Of a stretch of 64,000 bases of DNA, positions 48,633 through 62,100 are shown piece after piece. Made by a program: the position numbers and the translations under genes. The notes beneath the pieces are model-generated. The model had not been told where the DNA came from. It ran no database searches and saw only the letters and a program-made list of their open reading frames with translations. The stretch's first letter is position 1. Every line of letters begins with the position of its first letter. The stretch is from Azolla caroliniana (taxonomy: Eukaryota > Plantae > Polypodiophyta): contig JBHGNT010000013.1 of the NCBI GenBank assembly GCA_043228905.1, positions 10,354,001-10,418,000 on the forward strand, in the 5' to 3' direction.

Positions 48633-51600
48633 ATGGAAGGCGGCGGCAGCGGGCAGCCGGGGATGATGGTGCTGAATGCGCAGAACTACGCCGACTGGAA
48701 GATAAAGATGGAGGACCTGCTCATTGTTCGGGATCTGTATGAACCGATCGACAGGTCGGAAATACCCAAGGGGGTACTTGAGACGGAATGGAGGCTTCTG
48801 AACCGGAAAGCCGTTGCAACCATTCGGCAATACGTCGACGTGAGCGTTCTACAACATGTGGCGAACGACACCAACGCATATGAGATGTGGCGGAAGCTGT
48901 CGGGCCTCTACGAGAGGAAGAATGCGTTGAACCGGACCTCCCTGATGAGGAAGATAGTGAACCTCAAGTACCGGGATGGCGAGAGTATGGTGGAACACGT
49001 AAGCACGTTCATGGGATTCGTGAACCAGCTTGCGGCGATCAAGTTCCCGTTGGAGGATGCAATGCAAGCCATCATCCTGATGTGTACATTGCCGGAAAGC
49101 TGGGAGAACTTGGTGGTGACCCTCAGCACCTCCTGCACCGAAGATAACTTGTCCCTACAAACGGTAAAGACAAGTATTTTGAACGAAGAAGCGCGTCGGA
49201 GAGATAAAGAACCGGCCTCCGACTCGAAGGCGCTGCTTACCGAATCGGAACGGGGAAGACAATGGAACCGGAGTCCGCAAAGACGGGAGAAGTCGGGGAC
49301 CCGGTCGCAGTCAAGAGGAAGACCCACATGCTTCCACTGTGGGAAGCCGGGGCACTTCCGAAAGAATTGTCGGCATTACCGAAAAGACAACGGAGCCGTC
49401 GACACCGATTCGAAGAAGTCACCGGAGAGAAACGGTGCATACCGGGGAGCCACGGACCGGAGAGGTTCGGATCGGCGAGGGCAGGACCGGAAAGGAACAA
49501 CGGCACTCGCGGCAAGTGAGGAAGAAATCATGCTCATCACCGAAGAAGGTGAACTAAACGTTGCCGGCGATGAGACGACCTGGGTGGTCGATTCCGGAGC
49601 ATCGTTCCACCTGACCCCGGAGAGAAGATACTTCTCATCCTACACAGCCGGTGAGCATGGCTGTGTCCGGATGGGAAATGAAGGTACGTGCCGGATTGCC
49701 GGCATAGGAGACGTGTGGCTGATGACATCAACCGGATGCAAAATGCTGCTGAAGGATGTCCGACACGTTCCGGAGGTTCGATTGAACCTGATTTCGGCCG
49801 GGAGGCTAGACGATGAAGGCTACACAGGTAGCATCCGGAACGGCGTAATGAAGTTCAGCAAGGGGAGCTTGATAGTGGCTCGGGCCCGGAAGGTCAACAC
49901 ACTGTACCTGATGAATTCCCGGCTATGTCCGGAGGAGCTGAACGTGGCAGCCGACACTGCCGGTGAGCTGTGGCACAAGAGACTGTGCCACATGAGTGAG
50001 AAGGGGATGAAGAGGCTTGCAGAAGACAACCTTATTCCAGTGAAGCATGTGCACCTGGAGAAGTGCACCGACTGCCTGGCCGGTAAGCAAAACCGGACCT
50101 CCTTCCACTCAAGGCCACCGACGAGACGTAGTGCACCATTGGAGCTGGTGCACACTGACGTGTGTCAAGTAGAAACGAAGTCACATGGCGGAGCCTAGTA
50201 CTTCGTGACATTCATTGATGACCACAGCCGGAAGCTGTGGACGGCACCGTTGAAGACAAAGGACCAAGTGTTGTGCGTCTTCAACGAACTCCACGCGAGA
50301 GTGGAAAGGGAATCCGGCAAGAAGCTGAAAGCGATACGAGCGGATAACGGAGGGGAATACCGGGGGCAGTTCCAGGAGTACTGTCGCTCGAAGGGAATCC
50401 GACTCGAGTTTACTGTGCCGAAGACGCCGGAACTGAACGGGCTAGCCGAGAGGATGAACCGGACCATAATGGAGAGGGTCCGGAGTATGCTGGCGCATGC
50501 GAAATTACCCAAGGGGTTCTGGGCTGAGGCAATGTCAACGGCGACATACGTGATAAACAGATCACCCTCAGTACCTTTGGACGGAGACACGCCGCAAAAA
50601 GTGTGGACCGGTAAGGAAGTGTCCTACCGGCATCTGAAGGTGTTCGGGTGTCTCGCATATGTGCATGTGGCAAAGGACCGGAGAGGAAAGCTAGATCCAA
50701 AGACCCGGCCATGCATATTCCTCGGTTACGGCGACGACGAGTTCGGCTACCGAGTATGGGACCCGGTTGACAAGAAGATATTCAGGAGTCGTGATATCAT
50801 CTTCATGGAGGACAAGACACTCGCCGACTGGGAGTCGGAGAAGAAGATGAAGAGCTCCAAGTCGACCGGTGAGAATCAACTCTACGAGGAGCAGTCCCGA
50901 CCGGCAAGGGACCGGTTAGCACTCGAGGATCCGGCCGAAGACGGTGAAGAAACAGAACCGGCCGAAGAAGATGAAAATGATACCGGAACCGGCCCCGATC
51001 CCGAAATGGATTCGGATGAAGAAGAATCGGAAGAACCGGTTACCGAAGCTCCGGAACGGAGATATCCTCTAAGAGAGAGAAGGGCCCCCCGGAGATTTCC
51101 GGAACCAGAGCACGTGCTGCTAACCGACGAGGGGGAGCCGGAGAGCTTTGAAGAAGCAAAGCATGACACCCAGAGCCGCAGGTGGTTGAGTGCCATGCAG
51201 GACGAGATGGATTCCCTGCATGAGAACCACACATATGAACTTGTGGTGTTGCCGAAAGGAAAGCGGGCACTACGAAACAAGTGGGTGTTCAAGCTGAAAC
51301 CGGGAGATGCCGGAAACCCCCCGAGATACAAAGCCAGGATCGTGGTGAAGGGGTTTCAGCAGAAGAAGGGCGTCGATTTCGACGAGATATTTGCCCCGGT
51401 AGTGAAGATGACCTCCATCCGAACGGTGCTGAGCATAGCGGCAAGCATGGACCTCGAGGTAGAACAGATGGACGTGAAGACGGCATTCCTTCACGGTGAC
51501 CTCGAAGAAGAGATCTACATGCAGCAACCGGAAGGATTCGAGAAGAAAGGGAAGGAGCACCTGGTATGCCGGTTGAAGAAGAGCCTTTACGGACTGAAGC

Positions 51601-52706
51601 AGGCTCCCCGGCAATGGTACCGGAAGTTCGACTCTTTCATGACCGACGAAGGGTACCGCAAAACCCAGTCCGACCACTGCGTGTTTGTGAAGAAGTTCGA
51701 AGGAGGAGACTTTCTAATACTCCTCCTGTACGTGGACGACATGTTGATCGTCGGACGGGACCAGGTCAAGATACGGATGCTGAAGAAGGCTCTTCACCGA
51801 ACCTTCTCAATGAAGGACTTGGGTCCGGCGAGACAAATACTAGGGATGCACATCATCCGGGACCGGAGCAAGAAGCAGTTGTGGCTGTCACAGGAGAAGT
51901 ACGTAACAAAGGTGCTTCACCGGTTCAACATGTCGGAAGCAAGACCGGTCGGATCAACCCTCCCGGCAAACTGCAAGCTGTCCAGCAAGCAAAGCCCCAA
52001 GACAAAGGATGAGAAAGAGGACATGATGAAAGTACCATATGCCTCTGCCGTCGGAAGCTTGATGTACGCAATGGTGTGTACAAGACCGGACATAGGATAT
52101 GCAGTCGGAGTGGTGAGCCGGTACATGAGCAATCCCGACAAAGAGCATTGGAACGCAGCCAAGTGGATACTCCGATACCTAAAGGGCACGGCAAACGTAT
52201 GCCTCCGATTCGGCTCCGGTAAGCCCGAACTCGACGGCTTTACCGATTCGGATATGTCGGCTGATGCAGATACCAGCCGGTCCACATCCGGGTATGTGAT
52301 GACGTATGCAGGGGGAGCTGTTTCGTGGCAGTCGAGGCTGCAGAAGACGGTTGCGTTGTCAACCACGGAGGCGGAGTACATGGCGGCCGTTGAAGCCGGC
52401 AAGGAAATAATATGGATGAAGGACTTCATTAGAGAGCTCGGTATCCGGCAGGAGGAGTACCGACTCTACTGCGACAGTCAGAGTGCCATCCACCTTGCGA
52501 AGAATGCGGCCTATCACTCCCGGACGAAGCACATCCAGCGTAGATACCACTGGATCCGGGAAAGGATAGAAGACAAGGAGTTCGTGCTGACGAAGATCCA
52601 CACGGACGAGAACGGGTCTGATATGTTGACCAAGGTACTTACACCCGACAAGCTGGAAGCATGCCGGAAGAGGATCGGATTGGAGAGACATCCCATGCCG
52701 AAGTGA
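48633..52706 (+). pseudogene. gag-pol: Element K gag-pol polyprotein with a single in-frame stop (TAG 50196-50198)
   Basis: ORFs 48633-50198 and 50205-52706 share a frame, and paralogue I has Gln at the stop position. Confidence 0.94.
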
Positions 52707-55454
52707 AGGGGGAGTTTGTTGGGATTTTCGGTCCCTCCGGATGGGATGTCCGGAGATGAATGACGGCAGGCCTGGTTGCGGTTACGGAGCCGGATGACGA
52801 AGACCCGGCTACGGAGCCGGATGATGAAGACCCCGGTTACGGAGCCGGATGATGAAGACCCCGGTTACGAAGCCGGATGATGAAGACCCCGGTTACGGAG
52901 CCGGATGACGAAGACCCGGCTACGGAGCCGGATGATGAAGACCCCGGTTACGGAGCCGGATGATGAAGACCCCGGTTACGGAGCCGGATGACGAAGACCC
53001 CGGCTACGGAGCCGGATGATGAATGTACCCGGAGAGAGATCCGGATGCGGGGACATATTTGTGAATATGTTTGCCAAGGGCCCTTGAGGCTATATTTGTA
53101 AATAGCCCGAAAGTCATATGTGTATAAATATGACTTAGGGCAAACAGTTTTGTTGTTGTTGCTCATTTTCTGTTTTCCACTTAGAGGGAGCGAAGTGAGA
53201 GCAGCCGAGAGAGAGAGAGAGAGAGAGAAACGAGGAGGTCGTTGCCTCTGTGTATTACCGCCGCCTGTGGCGAAGACAGTGAGCTCAAGGTTGTTGCCTT
53301 GAAGCTTCACCATTGTACATCTCTGTTCATAGTGATAGTTGGAGTTTGAGGACTCCCGTGGTTTTTCCCATTTAGGGTTTTCCACGTAAAATATCCTGTG
53401 TACTCTTCTCTCTATTGTCTTCGTGTACTTTGTATTTCCTATTTCCGGTGAGTTGATCCTATTCCTTGATTGTGGCTGAGCACCGTGCGTAACAGGAGGC
53501 CGGACAACAAGCGGCGGCGGCGGCGGCAAAAAAAGCAGCAACACCGGACTATGGCCGTACAGAGATGGCAATGGAGCCGGATACACAAAGGCGGACTCAA
53601 ACGGACGGAAACTGACAGAGACGGTGATGGAGTCTACAACAAAGGCAGTCGGACAGCAGCCGAGACAATGATGGAAAAGGCTGGTGAGGCCGGAAGGGCG
53701 CGGCCACACCGATTGTCGAATAGTGGACGAGACGGCCGGGACGACGGACCGAACGCATAGTCGGAAGAGGAGGACGACGACCGGACACCGACAGAGACGG
53801 AGGAGAGGTCGGAGAGCGACCTAAGAGCGATCGTAGTGGCCGAACGGAGGTGGTTGGAGCCGGAACGACGGACGGGCGGGCCAAATAGTGGCCAAGGAGC
53901 GGCCGAAGCAGTTGGAATAGCCGAACAATGGCCAGACGGGCTGGACAGAGAACCGCCAAACGACGACCGGAATGGGCCAAACAGTTGAAACGGTGACGGA
54001 ACCGGGACAACGATAGGACGGCGGTGGCCACATAGCAACAACTAGAGTGGTGGTTGACCAATAGCGGCCCGGTCGGTTCGAGACAGCGACAGCCGCCGGA
54101 TGGAGCAGCAGTCGTACAGTGGCAGCGACAGAGCGGCAGCCGCCGGATAGGGGCTGGATCAATTTCCGGAATGTGCAAAGACACATAACGGTCAGAGTGG
54201 CCGAACGGTGAGAAACCGGAGGCGGACGGACCGGATGGGCTAGACAAACGAACGGAGGACCGGAAAGATAGGGTTGAACAAAGACAACTACCGGCGGAAA
54301 AAATCAGCGACCGGACAGACAACCGGAATGGCCCTAGAAGCGGCTAGACAGCAACCGGAACGACGACACCATGGCGAAAAGTGACAAGAATTGTCGGACA
54401 GCCGACGGCCGAAACGGCGTTGACGCTGAAACGACGGGCCGGACAACGGAATAGTGGCCGGAGGGCCAGAAAGACAATAACGACCAGATCAGATAGACGG
54501 ACGGGACAGAGTCGGAGACACAGACAGACAGTGCTGGACGAGGACGAACTGACGGACGACAGTGATGGACAGAGACAATGACGGCCGGAGACAGAGATAG
54601 AGATGCAGACGCATACGCAAATGGGACGACAACGACGACGTCCAGATGGCGACGGTGCAACACACCGACAACTGGATGATAGTCGAAACGGTGACAAAGA
54701 TGGATGACGTGCACAGAGAAGGAGAGCAACAACAAGAAGAGCAGCAGAAACTAAGAAGAAAGAGAGATGGAATCGAAGACAAAAGCAAGGAAGAAGGAAA
54801 AAGAAGAGGACGAAACCGCAAGAAAATACACTGATGAAGAAGAAGAAATAGAGGATAAACAGAAGATAGGGAAGATGAAGAAGCAAATGAAAAAACGTGG
54901 ACAGAAAGGAAAACGAGGGAAAAAGAAAGAAGAATAGAAACGGACAAGAAGAAAGAAAAAGTAAACCTGGCAGTGGGAAAGAAGAAAACGGAGAAGAGGA
55001 AGCAAAGAATGATATCAGAGACAGACAGGAAAAAAGAAGAAGAAGAAGAGAGAACCATAGGAATTTCGAAACTACTTTCAAAAAAAGAAAAACTTAAGGG
55101 CATTTTTGGAATTATAAAAACATGAGGGTACATGATACAATTTTCAAAATCCAAGGGCATTGTCATTGGTTTAGAAAATTCAGGCTACAATACTTAAATT
55201 TAAAAACTCATCCACCTAAAGAAATGGACGTGATCGACCACGGCAACTCACAAAATCAACAAAACGAAGATACACATACACACAACATTTTTGGACCCAT
55301 GACAAAGTTCGTAAGTCGACAGAATGAGAATGTTAGTGTCGCGGAAGATTTGCTGACCAACAAAGATGGTCGAGTCAAGCACTCCGATCGAGGGAGTCGA
55401 TCGTTGAAAGGACCGATGGAAGTTCCGGTCGAAGAAATATCATCATCAAGGCAT

Positions 55455-55494
55455 GTGGGATCGACGTGCAAGGCACTCTCCCACGGGCGTGCCA
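55455..55494 (+). other. tRNA-Arg 3'-end-like motif (inverted PBS) at the PPT position of element H
   Basis: GTGGGATCGACGTGCAAGGCACTCTCCCACGGGCGTGCCA ends 5 nt before the 3' LTR. Confidence 0.85.
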
Positions 55495-57799
55495 TATTGT
55501 GTTACCCCGTACGAGATGTACGGAGAGTCAGTGTGATGAGTGAGGGTCGAATGTTATCATGATGTTGTTGTGTATGTGTAGGGGACATAAATGTAATTGT
55601 GAGTCTATACGTATGTGAACACATGCACACGTGTCTGCATGTGGATAGATACGAGGAGGTGTGAGTGAGTGTCCAGTATGAATGCTCGAGGGGGCTTACA
55701 CCCCTATGTATCTACCCCCTCTTGTACTATTTAACCCCTTATGGGGAATGAATGAAATATGAATGAACATTTTCTCTCTAATCTCTCTCTCTTTGACACC
55801 TTTTCTCTTCTCTCTCCCTCTCTCACGTTGAACCCCCTTGGGAGGGGGGTGGGGCCATTCTAGGCACCACCCCCCACCCCGCAATGCTTCTCTATATGAT
55901 CTCTCTCACCATCATACTCTCCATCACCATGTCTATCTTCATTACCAATCATCATAGTTATCATTCATCATCATCATCGTCCTTAACCCTAACCCTAAAA
56001 CCTACAACATCCGTTGTCAGTTCGAAGGCATTTCAACTTTCGGCCGAACTGGTTCTCTACCATAGCAAGCCATTCGGAAAAGATCGAGAACACTCGATAT
56101 TTGGTTTTGATCAGATAAGCCCACACCTTGTGAGAGTCGTCGATAAAGTTGACAAAGTATAAGGCACCGTCAAGAGACTGATGTGGCATACGGCCACAGA
56201 TGTCCGAATGGACCAAATCGAGTGGACACGATTCTCTCGGTGCTGCTTTCGGGTGTGATGCAGCTATCTCTTTTCCATACTGGCAATGCTTGTAGAATTG
56301 ATGATCGGAGAAGGAGAGTTTGGGGATGTATCCTGTTCTAGATAAATGCGTTATGTTGGCCTTGCTGAGGTGTTTGAGTTGTCATGCCATAGCGAAGACA
56401 CTGGAATGTCAACTAGGAACAGATCACCCTCTCTAAGTGTGACGTACAACGGGTATGGAGAATGTACTTTCGGTCCTCGAGCACGCAAGAGGTTCCCTCT
56501 GTGGAGTGTCCACTCTCCTTATGAGAAGCTGCCACGAATGTCGTCTTCATCTAATTGTCTGATTGAGATCAAAGGTCCTGATATCTCAGGTACGTGTCAA
56601 ATGTTGTGTAGAACTAATGTAGAGCCACTCAGGAGCTTGAGCTCTATTGTGTCGATCCTGATTATAGCGTAGTGCTGCGAATTTCCGATTGGAACTAAGT
56701 CGGAGTGTCAAGCCGAATATTGTCGAAACTGGGATCTGTGAGGGGTCACATGGTAGGACGCACCCGAATTCAAGAGCCATGTGCTCAATTCCTCAGTCGT
56801 AAGCAGAACTTCTTATTCGACTGGGTTCGGGTCAGTCGACAGTACTTTGGCTGAAGAGCCAACGTAATTGACCTCTTCAAGCCGGCCATTCTTTTGATTA
56901 GCTCGCTGAGCCTTATCATTCTTGGCTTTGAGTGCACGAAAATTGGCTTTGATGTGCTCGGGTTTCTTACAATAATTGCATATTCGATTGTCCCGGGACT
57001 TGCTCCGACTTCGCTGGTTGTTCAACTGTCGGGAAGAACTTCTCCCTCGAATGTTTGGTCGGTCGGTCGAACCTTGTACTACATACGCTTCATTTGTTGA
57101 ATCTTTTGCAAACAGTTTCCTCCAAGCTGCTTCAATTAATATTGTGCTCATAACTTTAGAGTACTTCACAACGGCAATTGAAGCATTGCACACGGTTGTG
57201 ACAAAAGTTTCCCACAAAGGGGAGAGACTACTCATGAACAACATTGCTCTCAGTTCATCTTCAATTGTCGTCCCTTGAGCCGAAATCGGGGAGCTTAAAC
57301 TTTTGTACTCGTTCAAGTGTGTCGGGACCAAGTCAAATTCTTTCATCTGAAGGTTGTAAGACGTTGAATCAGATATATCTTTGTGGCGGCGACCTTCTTC
57401 TCATAAGTGTCTGACAATGTCTTCCATAGTTGAAAGGTTGTCGAACATGATTGTGTTGTGAAGTACACTGACTCCGACAGGTGCATCCGAATGGTGGCTC
57501 GGATAATTCTATCAAGTTTCGTCTACTTGAGGGTTTTCGTTTTCGATTCGATCTATCTGGCCCTTGAATATTAGATAGTCTCGCATCTACTCATTCCAAA
57601 AGTTAAAGTTCGATCCGTCGAACTTCCTGTTGGGAATATGTCCCTCCAGTGGGAGGAAGAACTGATTGATCGAAAAGCTGACAGTCGATGACAGGGAAGA
57701 TCCAACTGTTCGGAAAGCCGACAGTCGAAGAGTCGAAAACAGTGAGTCGACTGTTTGAAGATTCGACTATTATTATTATAGTAATAATAATGATGATGA

Positions 57800-58278
57800 T
57801 GTTAGGAAACATGTCTCTCCAGATGGGGAGAGAGAGGAGCCGAGTTGATGAGGGACTTGGGAGACTATAATTGTAAATAGTCTAAGAGTGCGCCCCATGA
57901 GGGCTACGTATGTAAATAGCCAGAAAAGTTGTGTAAGTATATATGCAACTAGGGCAAACTTTCTCTATGTGGAACAGAGTGTAAGAACAGAAGTTGTAGA
58001 ACGTGAGAGAGAGTAACGTGAGCCGCGCCATAGCTGTGTGTAACAGTAGATGCAAAGAGCCCTATGCGGCTGATACACTCGACAGAGTGTTGTAATCATC
58101 GCGGGTGTATATCCACTATTTGTATAGTGATGTTTTGTTGCCGTGGTTTTCCCTGTTTTAGGATTTCCGCGTAATCTCTGTGCACTGTTGTGTGTCTTGT
58201 TTTTTCTGGCATTTGTGTGATTCGTATTTCAGCGCGTAGTTCGTTTATTGTGATCTATTCTGCATCGATTTCTCAACA
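57800..58278 (+). repeat. Solo copia LTR related to the I/F/K LTR families, without matching TSD
   Basis: TGTTAGGAAACA...CTCAACA termini; shares GTAAATAG, TAGGGCAAAC and CCGTGGTTTT motifs with the K LTR; flanks GATGA and CTTCC differ. Confidence 0.7.
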
Positions 58279-59132
58279 CTTCCTTTGACTCATCTCTAAT
58301 GAGCCGAATGTTGATGCCATCTATGTCGGCTTGTTAGACTCTGTTCGGAGTTGACTACAAACGGTGGTGGAATGTAGCCGACTGGCTCACCCGATATTGT
58401 TCTAGTCGGATTCAAAAACAAGTCGAGTCGGCTTCCCAACTTGGAACAATCGAATATGTCGATTTGTTTCCAATGCCGATTTTGAGATGTTGATCACAAA
58501 TTTTGTGGCTATTACCCAGGTCAATCCTGCTTCGAGTGATTACGATGATGAGAGGGACGGAACCGACTGGTCCTCCATAATGTCGTCTTGTCGATTGAAG
58601 CACGGATAAGGGTTGTTTCCTAGAGTTGGATCAGCTTTAAGAGGTTACAACAAATGAGTAGATAATGTCTAACCTAGTAAAGCACGATCGAGCCAATTTG
58701 ATAGAGATTCCACTCCTAGCGGCTGCAATCACGGAAGCAAGGTACAACTAGTTGGCTTACCTCAAGGGCGATCAAGGTCGGTGGAGTACAAATATTCAGT
58801 TTTCCTTCTCTTCTCAAAATGAGATCTTGAACTCAGGTTCTTCAAGGGAGACGAAGCAAGGATGTTGTTGAAGACTAATGACATCTGGCAACGAGTTGAA
58901 GAACCTCAGCTCTAACACCAGATGTTGGGAACTGAGGTCGTCAATGCGGAAACATAAACAACACCTTGAGACGAAGATCACTGAGTTAGCATGTGTAAGC
59001 AAGATACAACAGAGAATATGAGAGAGAGTGAGGCACGCACTATGACAGTATTATTCAGAAAAATGGTAACAATACAATGGAGGTGGCAACTCTCTAACAA
59101 ATAACAACCATCTTATGAGCTAGGTTATAAAG

Positions 59133-62100
59133 TGTTGAGCGGCAAGCTCAACTAGATTCGGATCAGTTGAATAAGCCCGAGCCGGATCGACATCCGGAAG
59201 GATGAGCCGGATCGGTGAGCCGGTGAGCCGGATCCAACAGTAACTGAAAGCCTAGTAGCAGCCTAGACTACTAGGTAGTTAATGTCTCGTAGTTAGAGTG
59301 AGACGCTCGTGTGAGCATTGAAGTACACAATACTTCTTTCAGTCCTCTTAGGACTTGTCTAAATAGTGTTGTTGAGCACGTTGTATGTACACAGAGAACT
59401 ATAGAGAACTATTGTTGTTTTGTAATAGATTTTTAATGTTCTGCTCCTTCTCTATCTCTCACGCGTATTAATCTCTCTTTCTCTCTCTCTCTCTCTGTTG
59501 CTATCCGGCTGAGCCAGTTTGTCTGACACTTCCGCACCTTTGTTTCTACATGGTATCATAGTGCAAGGGTTGAGAACCTCTGCAGTCGACATCAGCATCT
59601 GAAGACAAACCCTAAGACCCGGTAAGAATAGGAAGAGAAGTGATGGATAGAGGAATGGCTAGCTCGCTCCCGATGAAGAAACTTGACAGATCCAACTACG
59701 CATCTTCGTCATACAAGATGCACCAGTACCTGCTTGGGCATGGTTACTGGAGCTATGTCGATGGAGCTAACGACACAACACCTGATGCGGCACACAAGGA
59801 CTTCCCAGTATGGGAACAAGCGGCAAGCAAAGTGATGTATTGCTTTGTGTCCAGTGTCGGAGACCAGCTGTTGAGCCATGTCCGAGATGCCAAGACGCCA
59901 AAAGAAGCTTGGGGAAACCTGAAGAAGGTTTTTGAGGCAAGCACTATGGCCCGGAAGCTGCAACTCCAACAAGAGTTGAGCAATGTCTGACAGAAGGACA
60001 TGTCGGTAGCCGATTACATGGCCCGAATCAAAGAGATTTGTGACTCACTTGCCTCTATCAACGTCCCTATAGAGGAAGATGAGATGGTGCGGATCTGTCT
60101 TGGGGGCCTAGCGTCTAAGTTCAGAGCGTTCCGAACGGTTGTATGTACAAGGGAGAATACGTCGTCATTTTTCGACTTACAGTCGATGCTCCTTGTAGAG
60201 GAGAACCACGTCGGTGCGTCAACAAGTGCACCCACCGATAACCGGATGTTGTACACGGAGGCGGATCGGCTCGCAATGGTAGCAGCCAGCAAGAGTAGGA
60301 CCGAAGGCACAGAGAACGTGTTGACAACAGTTCCGGACCCTCCACAAGCAGGGGGAGTCAAGGTGGCGTTGGAGGTCGGCAAGCAAAGGCCGACACGAAA
60401 TGTTGGTATTGTGGTAAAAAGGGCCACAAAGAAAGAGAGTGTTGGAAGAAGCGGGCCGATTCGGACAGATCCAGATCTGGCAAGGCCGACAGAGAGAATC
60501 GGCAATACTCGCACTACGCAGAAGGATCAGGAGGATTCAAAACCGGAAAAGCCAGTAAAGGGCCAGCCAGCCAGCCTTGGTGATGAAACACGAGGCTAAC
60601 TCAATGAAGAATACCACTTCCAAATCGGAGAAAGTGTGGTATGTTGACGCCGGTGCCTCGAATCACATGACGAGCCATAAAGAGTGGTTCTCTTTCCTAG
60701 AGAAACTAGAACAACCGGGAGTTGTTGAAACCGGAGACGACACTCCTCACCCAATCGTGCATGTCGGAGAAGTCCCTTTGAGCCACGTCGGACAAAGGGG
60801 GAAGTTGATGAACGTATTACACGTTCCGACTATCACGAAGAACCTAGTGTCAGTTCGACAGATTGTCCACTAGGGAATGCATGTGCGGTTAACGCACCTC
60901 GGGTGCTTCATCGAGGAAGAGGGCCAAATCATTGTGCAAGGTTGTAGAGACGGGAGGATGTTCATCCTCGACACCAATGACGTCAGCACCGCTTTGTTCG
61001 CCAAAGGACAGAAGATTGAATCGGACATCGATCTCTGGCACACGCGGATCGGCCACGTCAATTATTGGAGGCTTCAAGACCTGCAATCGAAACAAGTCGT
61101 TTTCGGTTTGCCGAAATTTGTGAAGCCTGCCAACTCAGGAAGCAACACTGGCTTCCATTCCCCACTGAACGAAACCGTAGCCGTAACAAGCTCAACCTTA
61201 TTCATTCGAATGTATGCGGACCGACACAGAACGTTAGTCTTGGCGGGAGTCGATACTTCGTCTCCTTCATTGACAACTACAGCCGGCACACATGGATCTA
61301 ACTCATTGAGCAGAAGAGCGAAGTCTTCGAGTGTTTCTGGAACCTGCAAAGCCTGGTTGAACGGGAAACGGAGAGGAAGATCAAGTGGTTGCGGTCGGAT
61401 GGCGGAAAAGAATATTTTTCCGGTCAATTCAACAGTTATCTACAACAAAAAGGAATTTGGAGAGAGTTCAGCTGCAGATACACACTAGAGCAAAACGGTG
61501 TGGCCGAGAGGAGGAACCGATCACTTATCGACACGGCAAGGGCAATGCTGGAAGAGAAGAGAATGCCCAAATTCTACTAGGCTGAGGCGATCCGGACGGC
61601 CATCTATATCCAAAACCGGATCAGTGACAAGGTGTCCGCGCATGAGCTATATTTCGGGCGTAGGCCGAATTTGTGACACCTTCAGATATTCAGTAGCATT
61701 GCATATGTGCATGTGCCAGATGAGAAGTGGAGGAAGTTGGATGCAAAGTCAGAGAAATGCATCCTGGTCGGTTACTTGTATGAGCAAAAGGGGTATAAGT
61801 GTTATAACCCCCGGATGAAGCAGGTCCGAGTTAGCCGGGATGTTGATTTTGATGAGACGGCATCATGGTATACCTTACTGGCTCTGACTTCCGGCCCCGA
61901 CCTGATACCGGAGGATGAGGCTAGTGAGCCTGAATCGATCCAGTTAGAAGACGAAGGGTTTGAGACTCTAGATGTGAGTCCGGAATCATTTCGGTTAAGT
62001 GGACCAAATGAGCGGCTGAGTCAGGATGACCAGTCGGATGAGGAACCGGCGAGTAGTGGAGACTCTGTCGCGCTCTCCCCGCCCAAGGAACCGAGGAGAC

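Larger units (their letters stand above)
47883..53494 (+). mobile_element. Element K: young, near-intact Ty1/copia (Tork/Tnt1-like, related to I and F)
   Basis: TSD GGAGG; LTRs 47883-48601 and 52717-53494; PBS TGGTATCAGAGC 48605-48616; PPT AAGGGGGAG 52706-52714. Confidence 0.97.
46370..56009 (+). mobile_element. Element H: non-autonomous LTR element (LARD-like) with about 3 kb of non-coding interior; contains K
   Basis: TSD TCCGT; near-identical 510-bp LTRs 46370-46879 and 55500-56009; PBS TGGCGACCACT at 46885; no gag or pol motifs recognised. Confidence 0.92.
44304..59132 (-). mobile_element. Element J: old degenerate Ty1/copia hosting H, K, a solo LTR and L
   Basis: RNase H/RT 44304-45740, integrase rejoining as TDNG-EEFKS across H, gag 56813-57640, decayed PBS TGGTGTTAGAG at about 58920-58910, LTR from 58923 interrupted by L. 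Confidence 0.82.

Noticed and set aside
50196-50198. Programmed stop-codon readthrough in element K
   Set aside because: The stop lies inside integrase and paralogue I has Gln there; a CAG>TAG mutation is the simpler explanation.
54344-55166. Hydrophobic F/L/S-rich minus-strand ORFs as a membrane or env protein
   Set aside because: They are the translation of the complement of a purine-rich low-complexity tract and occur in several frames.
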